A stretch of DNA of 43,321 bases. Origin: a virus (taxonomy: Duplodnaviria > Heunggongvirae > Uroviricota > Caudoviricetes). This document shows positions 27,780-37,532 of this stretch, piece by piece. Made by a program: the position numbers and the translations under genes. The notes under the pieces are model-generated. The model saw only the letters and a program-made list of their open reading frames with translations, was not told the origin of the DNA and made no database searches. The DNA lies in the IMG/VR virus record IMGVR_UViG_3300031088_000735; one strand, given 5' to 3'. Every line of letters begins with the position of its first letter. Position 1 is the first letter of the stretch.

Positions 27780-27965
27780 ATGAGAAAAGATGTACATTAT
27801 GAATACGATATCGTTGGTGGTCTTGATCAAACTGTTGTTTTGGACGAAGCTCCCACCCGTGAAAAAGCCCGACAAATCAAGCGTGATTTGGACAGTCAAA
27901 AACCACAAGAAACTCATCGAATTGTTCAACGTCGCTACACGCTGGTTACTAAGCACATTCGTTAA
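27780..27965 (+). CDS. hypothetical protein
   Basis: AGGAG RBS. Confidence 0.75.
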   Translation: MRKDVHYEYDIVGGLDQTVVLDEAPTREKARQIKRDLDSQKPQETHRIVQRRYTLVTKHIR

Positions 27966-28057
27966 TCATTCAGCAATATTACTTAAAATCCCCTTGTCAC
28001 CCATCGGGATTTTTGTTATAATTGCGGTATGTAATTTAATCAATTCGGAGAAACACA

Positions 28058-28519
28058 ATGTCTAAAATCACTTTTTATGTTGGCCTGAATATTCAAAACC
28101 TCGAATTTCAATGTGGTGGTGGCCCACAGGGTTTTGAAGGCTCCGAACATATTGAAGATGGCGTAGTCCATTACTGGGTTGATGCGACTCATCGACATTT
28201 GATTGAAAAAGGGCTTCACCCACAAAAAATTGCGGAAAAAGTTTTGAGTGATATTCGCCATTGTGCTGGAAACTGGGATCTGAATATTTCTACCCATTCT
28301 GATGTGCCGATCAACTTGGTTGGACATCTCATTCATTTGGGTGATATTAAGGCAGAAGATGTTCGTGTGATTGTCATGTCTGATGACAATAAAACTGTCA
28401 AGATGGTTTCGACTTTTGACCCGAAAGGTTTCCTTGTTGAATGGCCGTATGGTTTTTTTGATTTTGACCTCAAAGCGGCTGCACGAAGCATTGATTTTCC
28501 TTTGACGGTGGAGGTATAA
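28058..28519 (+). CDS. stand-alone C-terminal part of an ABC-type ATPase (DUF3696-like)
   Basis: EKGLHPQ (D-loop-like), ISTHSD (H-loop), FDPKG..VEWPYGFFD; no Walker A. Confidence 0.6.
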   Translation: MSKITFYVGLNIQNLEFQCGGGPQGFEGSEHIEDGVVHYWVDATHRHLIEKGLHPQKIAEKVLSDIRHCAGNWDLNISTHSDVPINLVGHLIHLGDIKAEDVRVIVMSDDNKTVKMVSTFDPKGFLVEWPYGFFDFDLKAAARSIDFPLTVEV

Positions 28520-28520
28520 A

Positions 28521-28853
28521 TTGAGAAGTGACTCCGAAAGAAAGGCTTTGTTTGCTTGCAAGCTTCCAGATGGCTCAGAACGTAAGGAAATTGAAGATAC
28601 GGGCGTTTTCGTGTCTGGCTTGCATTACTACCATCATGCAGTTGCTCAGCAGCCGAATGGACAATGGGAAGCATTTGATGAAACGCCCGTGATTACCGCT
28701 TCTGGTTGGGTTAGTTATGGTGACAGGCCCGATGTTTTGAAAGTTGAAGGTGTTTTTTCGTTATCTTGGGAAAAATCACTTTGTATTCATGAGCGTTATG
28801 AAGTCAAATTGAAGCGTGTTCGCAAAACCATGAAAGTGAGTGGCATGAGTTAA
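28521..28853 (+). CDS. hypothetical protein
   Basis: GGAGG RBS, TTG start coupled to previous stop. Confidence 0.75.
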   Translation: MRSDSERKALFACKLPDGSERKEIEDTGVFVSGLHYYHHAVAQQPNGQWEAFDETPVITASGWVSYGDRPDVLKVEGVFSLSWEKSLCIHERYEVKLKRVRKTMKVSGMS

Positions 28854-28990
28854 AAAGAAGGCTTCTATGTGGGATGATTACGAAGGTTTTTAAAACTGTT
28901 GCTTTAAAAGGTCACTTTGGTGGCCTTTTTTATTGATTTATTTTTGAATTTTTGTTATAATCTGTTCACTTTCTTATTGAGCACTTGTTT

Positions 28991-29422
28991 ATGAGCCAAG
29001 AAATTTTTACTCGTTATACCATCAAGCTCAATCCAGAGCATAAATCTTATTCAAGTTTGTTGAACGATATTGAAGTTTATTTTCAAGATTGTCGGCAGAT
29101 AGAAGAATCATCAGAAGTTTTTAGCGAGAACTACAACGCTTCCAGTTGTTTTTTTCATGGTGAACTCTTTGTTTCGTTTCAATCTTTTGGTAGTCAATCA
29201 CCTATTACGCTGTCAAACACATTACTTGATAAAATAAAAGAAAACATCAATTCTCAACCTTTATCTTGCTATTATTTTTATGAAGAACTCGATGTAACTG
29301 GTTTTTGGCATGTGCTTGATGCTTTTGGTAAGGCTCGACCTATTTTCGAAAAACACGTTGAATATTCTTGGGTCGCAGGTGAAGATACTGTTAAGAAATT
29401 TCGTGATGAATTGTACGCCTAA
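28991..29422 (+). CDS. hypothetical protein
   Basis: ORF after terminator and promoter. Confidence 0.75.
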   Translation: MSQEIFTRYTIKLNPEHKSYSSLLNDIEVYFQDCRQIEESSEVFSENYNASSCFFHGELFVSFQSFGSQSPITLSNTLLDKIKENINSQPLSCYYFYEELDVTGFWHVLDAFGKARPIFEKHVEYSWVAGEDTVKKFRDELYA

Positions 29423-29442
29423 TCAATTAATTGGAGAACTCT

Positions 29443-29706
29443 ATGGAACTTATTAACACCGAAATGATGGAAGCCAAATGTAATCATTGTGGTGGCATTC
29501 ATCGCACTAACAACATGAAAGATTTTAAAGAATCCAACACCTATCCACCTCATGCTGTGTTTATGTGCCTTGATTGTAAGCAGCTAGCACGTCTTGAAGC
29601 CGATCAGATGCCAAAACGCTTGTTTAGCTATCTGGTGGCAAAGATTACTCGGGAACGCTATGGTGATCTTGACCAACAAATGTTCAATCGCATGAACGAC
29701 ATTTAA
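29443..29706 (+). CDS. zinc-ribbon-like protein
   Basis: CNHC and CLDC; GGAG RBS. Confidence 0.75.
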   Translation: MELINTEMMEAKCNHCGGIHRTNNMKDFKESNTYPPHAVFMCLDCKQLARLEADQMPKRLFSYLVAKITRERYGDLDQQMFNRMNDI

Positions 29707-29797
29707 ACCTTTACAGCTTAATCCCACTTTGTGTGGGATTTTGTTGTTTATTCATTTTGTTTCTGTTATACTCGTTTAAATTTTATTGGAGTTCACT

Positions 29798-30622
29798 ATG
29801 GACAAGCAAGCCTTCACTGTTGATTTTATTAAAAGCTATCGAGAACTTCTGTTGACGTGTTCTCATGATCAAATCAAGGTTTTTAATAACCGACTCAAAA
29901 AATATACCTATTTTCTTGTCTATCCTTTTACCGGATCTGATGAGAACCCAGAAAAAACTTCCTTGCTGGTTGGTTTTGCTGATACTTTTGTTGTTCATCA
30001 GAAAGACGATCAACCAAACATGCCAGCCGCTATGCAACAAATTACTGCAGGTCAAGGTTATTTGACGGTTGGTAGTGGTCTTGATATTACCGAAACTGTT
30101 GGTATTCCAACCAGTGAAATTGAACCGCTTCCAGTGCGTAAAGTCGAATGGGCAGAGCTTATCAATGCTCCTAAACTGGCTGACGCTGATTTTGATCTTC
30201 TTCAAGATTCTTTTCTTGAATACTTCAACCTTGATGAATACGCTTATCAAGAGGGTAGTAATGAAAGCTTCCGCTTTGGCGAATACTTTCGTGAAGAAGC
30301 CAATAAACCAGAAGGTCTTGAACTTCGTGAAGTATGGCATGATACCTGTCAAGATGATAAGCATGGTAATATCCAGACATTGGTCTTTTGGAAAGATGAA
30401 TTTATCGGATGGATCAGTTGCTCTGGTCGCTACTTGACCAGTTCTGCAGCTTCTACTGTTAATTTGCCAAAGTGGACAGAGCTTATGGATACGATTTATG
30501 CGAATTCAGGCTATAAGCCGGGACGCAATGTCAATGGTGTTTCCGTCTATGACATGAGCCAAGACGATGTTGATGATGTTACCTATGTGCCGGGTGTCAG
30601 CACTGTCAACTATGACGATTAG
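29798..30622 (+). CDS. hypothetical acidic protein
   Basis: GGAG RBS before ATG 29798. Confidence 0.85.
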   Translation: MDKQAFTVDFIKSYRELLLTCSHDQIKVFNNRLKKYTYFLVYPFTGSDENPEKTSLLVGFADTFVVHQKDDQPNMPAAMQQITAGQGYLTVGSGLDITETVGIPTSEIEPLPVRKVEWAELINAPKLADADFDLLQDSFLEYFNLDEYAYQEGSNESFRFGEYFREEANKPEGLELREVWHDTCQDDKHGNIQTLVFWKDEFIGWISCSGRYLTSSAASTVNLPKWTELMDTIYANSGYKPGRNVNGVSVYDMSQDDVDDVTYVPGVSTVNYDD

Positions 30623-30683
30623 TCTACAAACCAGAAATTTTTTAAGTAGTCTGCTATAATTGTTTTAACTTAGGAGATCTTTT

Positions 30684-31214
30684 ATGTTGAAAATGTTGAG
30701 TGAACTCAAACGCAATCATGATCTTAGAGCTGAATTAAAAGTTGTCTGCCACAGTATTGATTTTTCTGATAGCCATAGTCATCTTCCTAGCATTGAATTT
30801 AAATATACATTGCATGGCAATTTACTCACTATTGAAGGCCCATTTCGTAGCTTTCATTCAGTTGATCCTTATGTATTAACTTATCTCTCAACCACTGGTT
30901 TTGTGACTTTTAATGGTGAGATAATGGATGAAGGTTCTTTCAAACATCTTCACAAAACGGTCAAGGAAGTTTATCGAAAACTTCTTAAACGAGAAAAGCT
31001 GATGAAAGACATTCAAACGGCTCGCAATTCTATCGGCCCACTCACTGTTCGTTCAGGTGGTAATGTTGGTGGTTCTTCTGACTATGAGCGTTCACGTTCC
31101 AGTGGTTATGACCGCCCACGCTCTTATGATGTGAACGCGGACATTGTTTATGGTTCATCGGACAGTTGTTCATCCAGTTCTTCGGGACGTGATCGAGATC
31201 GTTGCGACGATTAA
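30684..31214 (+). CDS. hypothetical protein with Ser/Gly/Arg-rich tail
   Basis: AGGAG RBS; low-complexity C-terminus. Confidence 0.8.
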   Translation: MLKMLSELKRNHDLRAELKVVCHSIDFSDSHSHLPSIEFKYTLHGNLLTIEGPFRSFHSVDPYVLTYLSTTGFVTFNGEIMDEGSFKHLHKTVKEVYRKLLKREKLMKDIQTARNSIGPLTVRSGGNVGGSSDYERSRSSGYDRPRSYDVNADIVYGSSDSCSSSSSGRDRDRCDD

Positions 31215-31256
31215 TTATTTTGGATACACAAAAAAAGAGCCTGATGGCTCTTTTTC

Positions 31257-31802
31257 TTATTCTGCATCATCACCTTCGGATCTTTCTAGATCATCATGAT
31301 ATTTTTTGAAGTCATCTATATTGGGTAAGTTATCCAAATCATAGCGGTTCAATAACGCTACGGCTCTATATCCAGCGTTATTTTCTGGGATGTATTGTGT
31401 AAACTCTTTCGCTTCTTTTGACTCATCTTTATTCTTGCCTTTGTAGACTTTGAATGAGTGGTCATCTAAATCAACCACATAGACCCAATTGCAAGAAGAT
31501 TCGCCAGCGTATTCAATGCTTGGATACAGTTTGATGTCTTTTTCGATCTCATTAACTACTTTTAACACAGTATGAGCTGGCAGGACAACAGTTGCTTCCA
31601 TATTAATCACTTCTTCATCGTCAGCAGGAATAAAATGCACGAAATTTAGTTGTTTTTTAAATCTTTCCAAGTCTGACAAGATATCTTTTAAATGAGTTAA
31701 ACATCCAACACCAGCCCCTTGTGGTTGTCCACCCATGCTGCCAAATTGTGATACTTTGTATTCTTGATTAAATTTCACACACACCAGATATCTTGTTCCC
31801 AT
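31257..31802 (-). CDS. hypothetical protein
   Basis: GAGGTG RBS; starts MGTR; WVYVVDLD segment. Confidence 0.8.
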   Translation of the reverse strand: MGTRYLVCVKFNQEYKVSQFGSMGGQPQGAGVGCLTHLKDILSDLERFKKQLNFVHFIPADDEEVINMEATVVLPAHTVLKVVNEIEKDIKLYPSIEYAGESSCNWVYVVDLDDHSFKVYKGKNKDESKEAKEFTQYIPENNAGYRAVALLNRYDLDNLPNIDDFKKYHDDLERSEGDDAE

Positions 31803-31947
31803 AATACACCTCAATAGTCTTTTGTTATTCTACATCATTATTGTAAATAAATCAATTATAATAGGCTTTTATTATTTGACATTTTATTTATTCAATATAA
31901 TATTTATTATCAATTATCTTCAATCACTCAACCATTCAGGACAATAA

Positions 31948-32358
31948 ATGAACCATTTTAAACAAACAGAAAACCGCAATATGACATTAATAACGACACT
32001 AGTGGCGATATTAACTATTACTTTATTAACCGTTTTTTTAATTTATTATGGCCCACCCGGAAAGTATAAAGAAATCAATAATTACACTTATGAGAATAAT
32101 ACGTTAACGTATACTATTGATGGTGAATATCAGGACAGCACCTATAAACTAGAACTACCAGCCCCTGCAAATTTCAAAAAAGAAGACAATTTAAAGTTTG
32201 CTGTTGTTCAACCTATATTTTCAGACCGCACGGTTATTGAACTCTGGGTAAATGGCACACAGATGTATGGAAAAGGTGATAATTTAGCATTGGATTTAAC
32301 CATTAACAACAAAGAAGGCTATGCTCCTGCTGAATATCATTACAAAAGTCAGTGGTAA
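31948..32358 (+). CDS. membrane-anchored protein
   Basis: N-terminal TM segment; AGGA RBS. Confidence 0.75.
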   Translation: MNHFKQTENRNMTLITTLVAILTITLLTVFLIYYGPPGKYKEINNYTYENNTLTYTIDGEYQDSTYKLELPAPANFKKEDNLKFAVVQPIFSDRTVIELWVNGTQMYGKGDNLALDLTINNKEGYAPAEYHYKSQW

Positions 32359-32472
32359 TTCAATATGCTCATTTTTATCTTTCTATTTTGATTATTTTTT
32401 GGTATAATGCCTTCAATAGACGGGATGACATAGGTTGTCCTTTTTTCTTTTAATATTTGTGAGGTTTCTGCT

Positions 32473-32790
32473 ATGTCTACCATTACTCTTCGTGCTTACA
32501 TCGCTCTGCTCGAATCGGTTAACGACCGTAACAAAGTGATCGAACATGCAATGGGGAACTTGCATTCTTTTCGTGGTCATCCACCACATCTGGCTCTTAG
32601 TGCTGTTTCTTCTCGCACTGTTCAAGACATGCTGGATGAGGCTCGTAAAGCAGTAGGTCAGGAATTTACTGGCTACAAAGATGGTGAACACGTAATGGAT
32701 CTGCACACTGAAATTCATTTTGCGTTCTATGGCTCTATGGACGAGCATCCAGAATGGTTCCCAACTTTTGTAGAGGCTCTTTTTTCATAA
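32473..32790 (+). CDS. hypothetical protein
   Basis: GAGG RBS; HSFRG and GQEFTGYKDG motifs. Confidence 0.8.
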   Translation: MSTITLRAYIALLESVNDRNKVIEHAMGNLHSFRGHPPHLALSAVSSRTVQDMLDEARKAVGQEFTGYKDGEHVMDLHTEIHFAFYGSMDEHPEWFPTFVEALFS

Positions 32791-32943
32791 GAGTTTCGCA
32801 CCAAGCTTAATTTGTTTGATGAAAAAGGCCCATTCATTGAAGTTAAAAATAGTATTTTTTGATATTTGTTGATGGGCTTGGTGCTGTATGGTATAATCAT
32901 CCTTCAAGATTATTTTACCCCTCCTTACGATTTGGAGAAACTT

Positions 32944-33081
32944 ATGAAAACTAAACGCAAAGACGACAAAATGGTTTATGGCAAAGCTGCAGTAGGCACC
33001 TCGAAAGTGGTTCATGCTACTGGTGATGTGGTGGTTATTGAAAATCTTGATGCCTATTTTGCAAAAATGCTCAAAAAATAA
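32944..33081 (+). CDS. small basic hypothetical protein
   Basis: GGAG RBS before ATG 32944; own promoter and terminator. Confidence 0.65.
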   Translation: MKTKRKDDKMVYGKAAVGTSKVVHATGDVVVIENLDAYFAKMLKK

Positions 33082-33182
33082 GGTGATTGCATTGCCTTTA
33101 AAAGCCTCTTCGGAGGCTTTTTTCATTCTTTTTTCATTAAAATCATGGTATAATTAGGCATATCTTCGCAAATGAGGCTTGT

Positions 33183-34142
33183 ATGTACTATCACATTGAC
33201 AAAATTCGTGGTGTTACATTAAATCGAATTCCAGCTATTGACGTTGACCGTAGGTCAGCTATCCAAAAATTCATGGCGACAAAAAATCTTGTTAAAATAG
33301 GTATCTTTCGAAATATCTATGTGTATGACTTTGCTCTCTATATCAATGAAGAAACCTTTATTAGATTCATGAATGAACTTTGTCAACATTTTGGATTGAA
33401 AGCTAAATCGGTTGTCTATGCAAAATGTCATATCCCCGCATGTGAAGAATCCTTTGTTGTTGAGGGTGTTGAACAGTTGCGGGAACTTGAAGAACGTCGA
33501 AAGGTTGTAAACATTCAAAAGAATAAACAACATGCGGAAAAAATGTCGTTACTCAATCAACCGTTGCCTACGGATCTAGAAGATAAAAAGCTTCTGGCGA
33601 TTGATTTTGAGTATATACCTAATGGTAATGATGTTGAACCTGTTGAAATGGGAATTTCTATTCAGCATAATGGCATGAGGACTTCTTTCAATTACTCATT
33701 TGTGAACACTCAAAAAGAAAACTTTAACTTTGGTAACAAAATTAATGTTGATAAATCAAAAGTTTTGGACATCTTTAAAGAACACTTTGTAGATGTTGAT
33801 TATTTGGTTGGTCATGACATCATGGTTGAACTTCGCATTTTAAAACTCTGTGGACTTGAAGATAATTTTCTAGAAAACGTTAAATTTATTGACACGGCTA
33901 CCGTGACCAGAAATGAGTTTCATTTTTTGAATTGTGACCATGTGAAGAATTCAGCAGCTTCGCTTCGAACTTCATTGAGAACATTTGGAGTGCCCTACGT
34001 TTCTCTTCATGTGGCTGGTAATGATGCGGCCTATACGCTGGATGTTTTGAACCATTTGGTGGCTTACAAATCTAATTTTGAACGTAAGACAGCAAAACAA
34101 AAAATTCAGGTTAATAGTGTATTTAAGAAACAAAAAAAATGA
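33183..34142 (+). CDS. DEDDh 3'-5' exonuclease domain protein
   Basis: AIDFE, LVGH, FIDT, LHVAGNDAAYT. Confidence 0.85.
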   Translation: MYYHIDKIRGVTLNRIPAIDVDRRSAIQKFMATKNLVKIGIFRNIYVYDFALYINEETFIRFMNELCQHFGLKAKSVVYAKCHIPACEESFVVEGVEQLRELEERRKVVNIQKNKQHAEKMSLLNQPLPTDLEDKKLLAIDFEYIPNGNDVEPVEMGISIQHNGMRTSFNYSFVNTQKENFNFGNKINVDKSKVLDIFKEHFVDVDYLVGHDIMVELRILKLCGLEDNFLENVKFIDTATVTRNEFHFLNCDHVKNSAASLRTSLRTFGVPYVSLHVAGNDAAYTLDVLNHLVAYKSNFERKTAKQKIQVNSVFKKQKK

Positions 34143-34210
34143 TTGTGATTTGAGCTGCCTTTTGTTATACTTGTGGTCTAAATTTTATGACTTATGAAAG
34201 GAGTTTTACC

Positions 34211-34303
34211 ATGAAAAAAATCATCTCTCTGGTTGTGACCTCACTGGCTTGCTCGTCGTTCAATCCGCGTGCCATTGCAGAAGTTCAGTCTCAATCTAAA
34301 TAA
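34211..34303 (+). CDS. 30 aa signal-peptide-like small protein
   Basis: AAGGAG RBS; MKKIISLVVTSLACSSFNPRAIAEVQSQSK; absent from ORF track. Confidence 0.5.
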   Translation: MKKIISLVVTSLACSSFNPRAIAEVQSQSK

Positions 34304-34329
34304 ACCACTAGTCTTTCTGAGGTGTCACG

Positions 34330-34998
34330 ATGCTGAGTATTCAACCTTCGATGTATCAACAATATCACCAATATAAAAATGAGATTGATGTTTGTATTCC
34401 ATACTCAGAACAGAAAAAACGTGCTGCCGTTGTTATTAGAAATATTGCACAGACCATTTTTGAACAATTTGGTTGTGGTTCTCTTTTTAATGACGACTGC
34501 ATTAAAAATTTTGGCGACATGAATAATCCAGCAAATTTTAAAGTTACACTGTTGAATTTTCAGCCAACTAAATCTATTTTTGCATTCTTGTCGAGTATTC
34601 GTAGGGGGCATTTTTTAAGTGTTAGCAATGAATGCACTTTTTCTACTGATGAATACGGCTGTCTATTAGATATTAAGTTCTCTTATAGTTTTGTAGAACG
34701 TATTAATTCAGGATTCATTGGAAATAAAGTTTTCATCTCTTTTGATAATCACTTTGATATTAGTGAAATTCGTTATCAACGGATTAACGAACGTCAAGAA
34801 TTACTGACTTCGGTTTCTAAAACAAAAGACATGTTGTGCTCTATTGACCATGAAACACTGTTTCTTGAATTGTTCTTTAATTATGACAACAGTGAAATAA
34901 AAGAACTGTTTCCAGCATTCTTTGAATATGGCCCTCACATTTTTAACGTCAATGAGATTAAAGCTAACAGCACTCTGGCTAGGATGTTGTTGGTTTGA
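34330..34998 (+). CDS. hypothetical protein, distant relative of 8995..9735
   Basis: KVFISFDNHFDI vs NVHFEFHFDMAGNF; ends LARMLLV. Confidence 0.8.
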   Translation: MLSIQPSMYQQYHQYKNEIDVCIPYSEQKKRAAVVIRNIAQTIFEQFGCGSLFNDDCIKNFGDMNNPANFKVTLLNFQPTKSIFAFLSSIRRGHFLSVSNECTFSTDEYGCLLDIKFSYSFVERINSGFIGNKVFISFDNHFDISEIRYQRINERQELLTSVSKTKDMLCSIDHETLFLELFFNYDNSEIKELFPAFFEYGPHIFNVNEIKANSTLARMLLV

Positions 34999-35138
34999 TA
35001 AATTAGTTTTTCAACATACATAAACTGCATTTGATGCAGTTTTTTTTATTCAAAATAATTAATATAAAACATTAATTTTACTTGATTATTGCAGTATAAA
35101 ATGTTACAATTTATGACGCCTATTTTTTGGAGAACTTT

Positions 35139-36302
35139 ATGAAATGGAAACTTCTATTATTGATACCTTTTTGTTTTACATTATTGATGCCGATTACTTC
35201 AAATGCATTTCAAGATGTTGATGGCAAGTATACAGGTAGAACAACGACTAAACCTTCTGTTCCAACTACAAAGCCTATCTCACCAAATACGGCTAAAAAC
35301 ATTTCTAAAGCTACAAAAGTAGTAAAAATTGGTGCTGCAGTAAAAACCGCTAATCATATTCGAAGGAATAAATGGAAATATGCTGCTGGTGCAGTTATTG
35401 TTGGGGCTACTGCAGCCAGCTATTATCGCAATGATATTGATCGCATAATTGATAATAAATTTTACTCTAATAAATGGCGTTCTGAGAAAAAATCAGAGTT
35501 GGTTCCATTATTGTACAAAAAAATACATAATGCTAAACCAGAAAAACAGGAAGCTATCATTGAGGCTATTCAACAATCGTTGATGTATTATATCGTTATG
35601 TATGATGGGCAACCATTTGAAAAGCTAGGAACATCGGTTTTAAATTCATTAAATATAATGACACCTGCTTTACAGAAACAAAAAATTTTATCACTTTCTG
35701 ATAAAGCAAATGCAACTTTAATCATTAATTCTACGATATTAGACTTAAAAAGAAAAAATTCACGACCACGATGTGCTCGAGGTAGCCAAGAAAGAAATGA
35801 AATTTACATAAAAAATGAATTTTCACAAAAAAATGGAAATGTAATTAAAGATATAAATTTATCTGAATGGGATGTTGATTCATTTCAAAAACAATCTATT
35901 ATTACTGAAAATTATAAAAAACATGTTAATAATGATAGAACACGATACTATCCTTTCCATAAAGATCATATCCCAGCAAAAAAATCAATTGAATTTTATT
36001 TAGAAAGAAGAGATAATTTTAGTAGTGGATTTAAATCTGATATTGTTAAAAATATTTATAATAATGCTACATCGGTAGTTGTGCTTGGTGATTTTCACTC
36101 GAAAGGTAGAACATGGGGTATTCCTACTGCAAAAGCAAAAGCAGAGTCATATAATCTTGAAAAATCTATGGTTGAAGATTTCATTGCATACTATGTTCTT
36201 TATGGAAATAAAGGTCTTATTGATGCTGTTTTTATTAGAAAATGGTCTACTGCTTTTGCAGAAACATATTTAAGAAATGAATCACTTTGTTTATTTATTT
36301 AA
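35139..36302 (+). CDS. exported polymorphic-toxin-like nuclease
   Basis: Signal peptide ending SNA; C-terminal KDHIP...NNATSV...FH..GRTWG motif. Confidence 0.6.
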   Translation: MKWKLLLLIPFCFTLLMPITSNAFQDVDGKYTGRTTTKPSVPTTKPISPNTAKNISKATKVVKIGAAVKTANHIRRNKWKYAAGAVIVGATAASYYRNDIDRIIDNKFYSNKWRSEKKSELVPLLYKKIHNAKPEKQEAIIEAIQQSLMYYIVMYDGQPFEKLGTSVLNSLNIMTPALQKQKILSLSDKANATLIINSTILDLKRKNSRPRCARGSQERNEIYIKNEFSQKNGNVIKDINLSEWDVDSFQKQSIITENYKKHVNNDRTRYYPFHKDHIPAKKSIEFYLERRDNFSSGFKSDIVKNIYNNATSVVVLGDFHSKGRTWGIPTAKAKAESYNLEKSMVEDFIAYYVLYGNKGLIDAVFIRKWSTAFAETYLRNESLCLFI

Positions 36303-36313
36303 GGAGCTAAAAC

Positions 36314-36742
36314 ATGAATACAGCAATTTTTTTTGATGATAAATTTTTCAACGAATTAGAAAAATTTATTAGTGTAGAAAAAACAGATTCGACTTATCCA
36401 TTTTTAGATATGAGAATAGATCCAGATAATCTTATTTCCGATGGCTATGACCTTACTGCAGTTTATAATTTTTTAAAAAATGTTTGTTTTTTTTGTTTTT
36501 ATAATCAATCTCATTATGGTTATGTAAAAATAAATGATGACTACTATATAATAGAGGTTGGTGATGAGGTTAATATTTTAATTCTTGGCGATAATGAAAT
36601 CAACTGGACTAAACTTTTACTTGATGATGATGACTATTTATTATTTAAAGATTTTTGTATTACTAACTATGATATTAAATATAAAGAACCAGATTATGAT
36701 AAATATCTTGAAATAAAAACAGACTATATGCGATTTGATTGA
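36314..36742 (+). CDS. putative cognate immunity protein
   Basis: Small, acidic, aromatic-rich; AAGGAG RBS at the toxin stop. Confidence 0.55.
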   Translation: MNTAIFFDDKFFNELEKFISVEKTDSTYPFLDMRIDPDNLISDGYDLTAVYNFLKNVCFFCFYNQSHYGYVKINDDYYIIEVGDEVNILILGDNEINWTKLLLDDDDYLLFKDFCITNYDIKYKEPDYDKYLEIKTDYMRFD

Positions 36743-36752
36743 TCAAAAAAGC

Positions 36753-36781
36753 TTGCCACGGGTGCGATATCTTGCTATAAT
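36753..36781 (+). promoter_or_regulatory. sigma70 extended -10 promoter
   Basis: TTGCCA-17-TATAAT with TG. Confidence 0.75.
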
Positions 36782-36859
36782 CAATCCCGTAAACAAGGCA
36801 ACACCCTAGGCTGAGGCGGTTGGATTCGAAAACTACTTAAATCATCTAGGAGAAATTCC

Positions 36860-37513
36860 ATGAAAAAAATTAAAACGTTGTTCGTGATTGACCGTAACAC
36901 TGACATGGCTACCGATGTTCTTACTGCTGGTGCAGAGTGGGTTATTCGTGGCGAAGGTAAAGCAACCATCAAATTTGACGGTTCTTCTGCCTACTTTGCT
37001 GATGGCAAGTTGTTCAAACGCTTTGACCGTAAATTGAAGTCTAACTTCTCTAAAATGGCTCGTAGCATGGGCGACAAGTTTGTGCCAGAAAATCACATGT
37101 TTAACGAAGTTCCAGAAGGTGCTATTCCTTGCGAAGCAGCTCCTGCAGCTCACAGTCTTCACTTCCCACACTGGGTTCCAGTGGGTGACGGCCCAGAAGA
37201 CAAGTTTCATCGTGAAGCTCTGGAAAATGCGGGTGAACTTAAAAATGGTGCCACTTACGAGTTGGTTGGCCCAAAAGTTAATGGTAATCCATACAAATTG
37301 GAACGCCATGAGTTGTGGGAACACGGAAGTGTCGAGTTTGAAGTGACTGACTTTACCTTTGAAGGGCTTAAAAAACTCTTTGCTGAGAAGCTGGTTAATG
37401 AGGAAGGCTTGGTGTTCCATCATCCTGATGGAAGCATGTTTAAGCTTAGAAATAAGGATTTTTCTTTTGCAACCTTCGGCAAATTTGACGACCGCAGCAA
37501 GAAGAAAAAATGA
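36860..37513 (+). CDS. DUF5565-like ATP-dependent RNA ligase
   Basis: Motif I TIKFDGS, TYELVGPKVNGNP, EGLVFHH, MFKLR. Confidence 0.7.
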   Translation: MKKIKTLFVIDRNTDMATDVLTAGAEWVIRGEGKATIKFDGSSAYFADGKLFKRFDRKLKSNFSKMARSMGDKFVPENHMFNEVPEGAIPCEAAPAAHSLHFPHWVPVGDGPEDKFHREALENAGELKNGATYELVGPKVNGNPYKLERHELWEHGSVEFEVTDFTFEGLKKLFAEKLVNEEGLVFHHPDGSMFKLRNKDFSFATFGKFDDRSKKKK

Positions 37514-37532
37514 TGTAATGGTGTCATAAACT

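Noticed and set aside
31060-31214. Ser/Gly/Arg/Asp low-complexity stretch as a repeat element
   Set aside because: It is a coding disordered tail with no regular nucleotide periodicity
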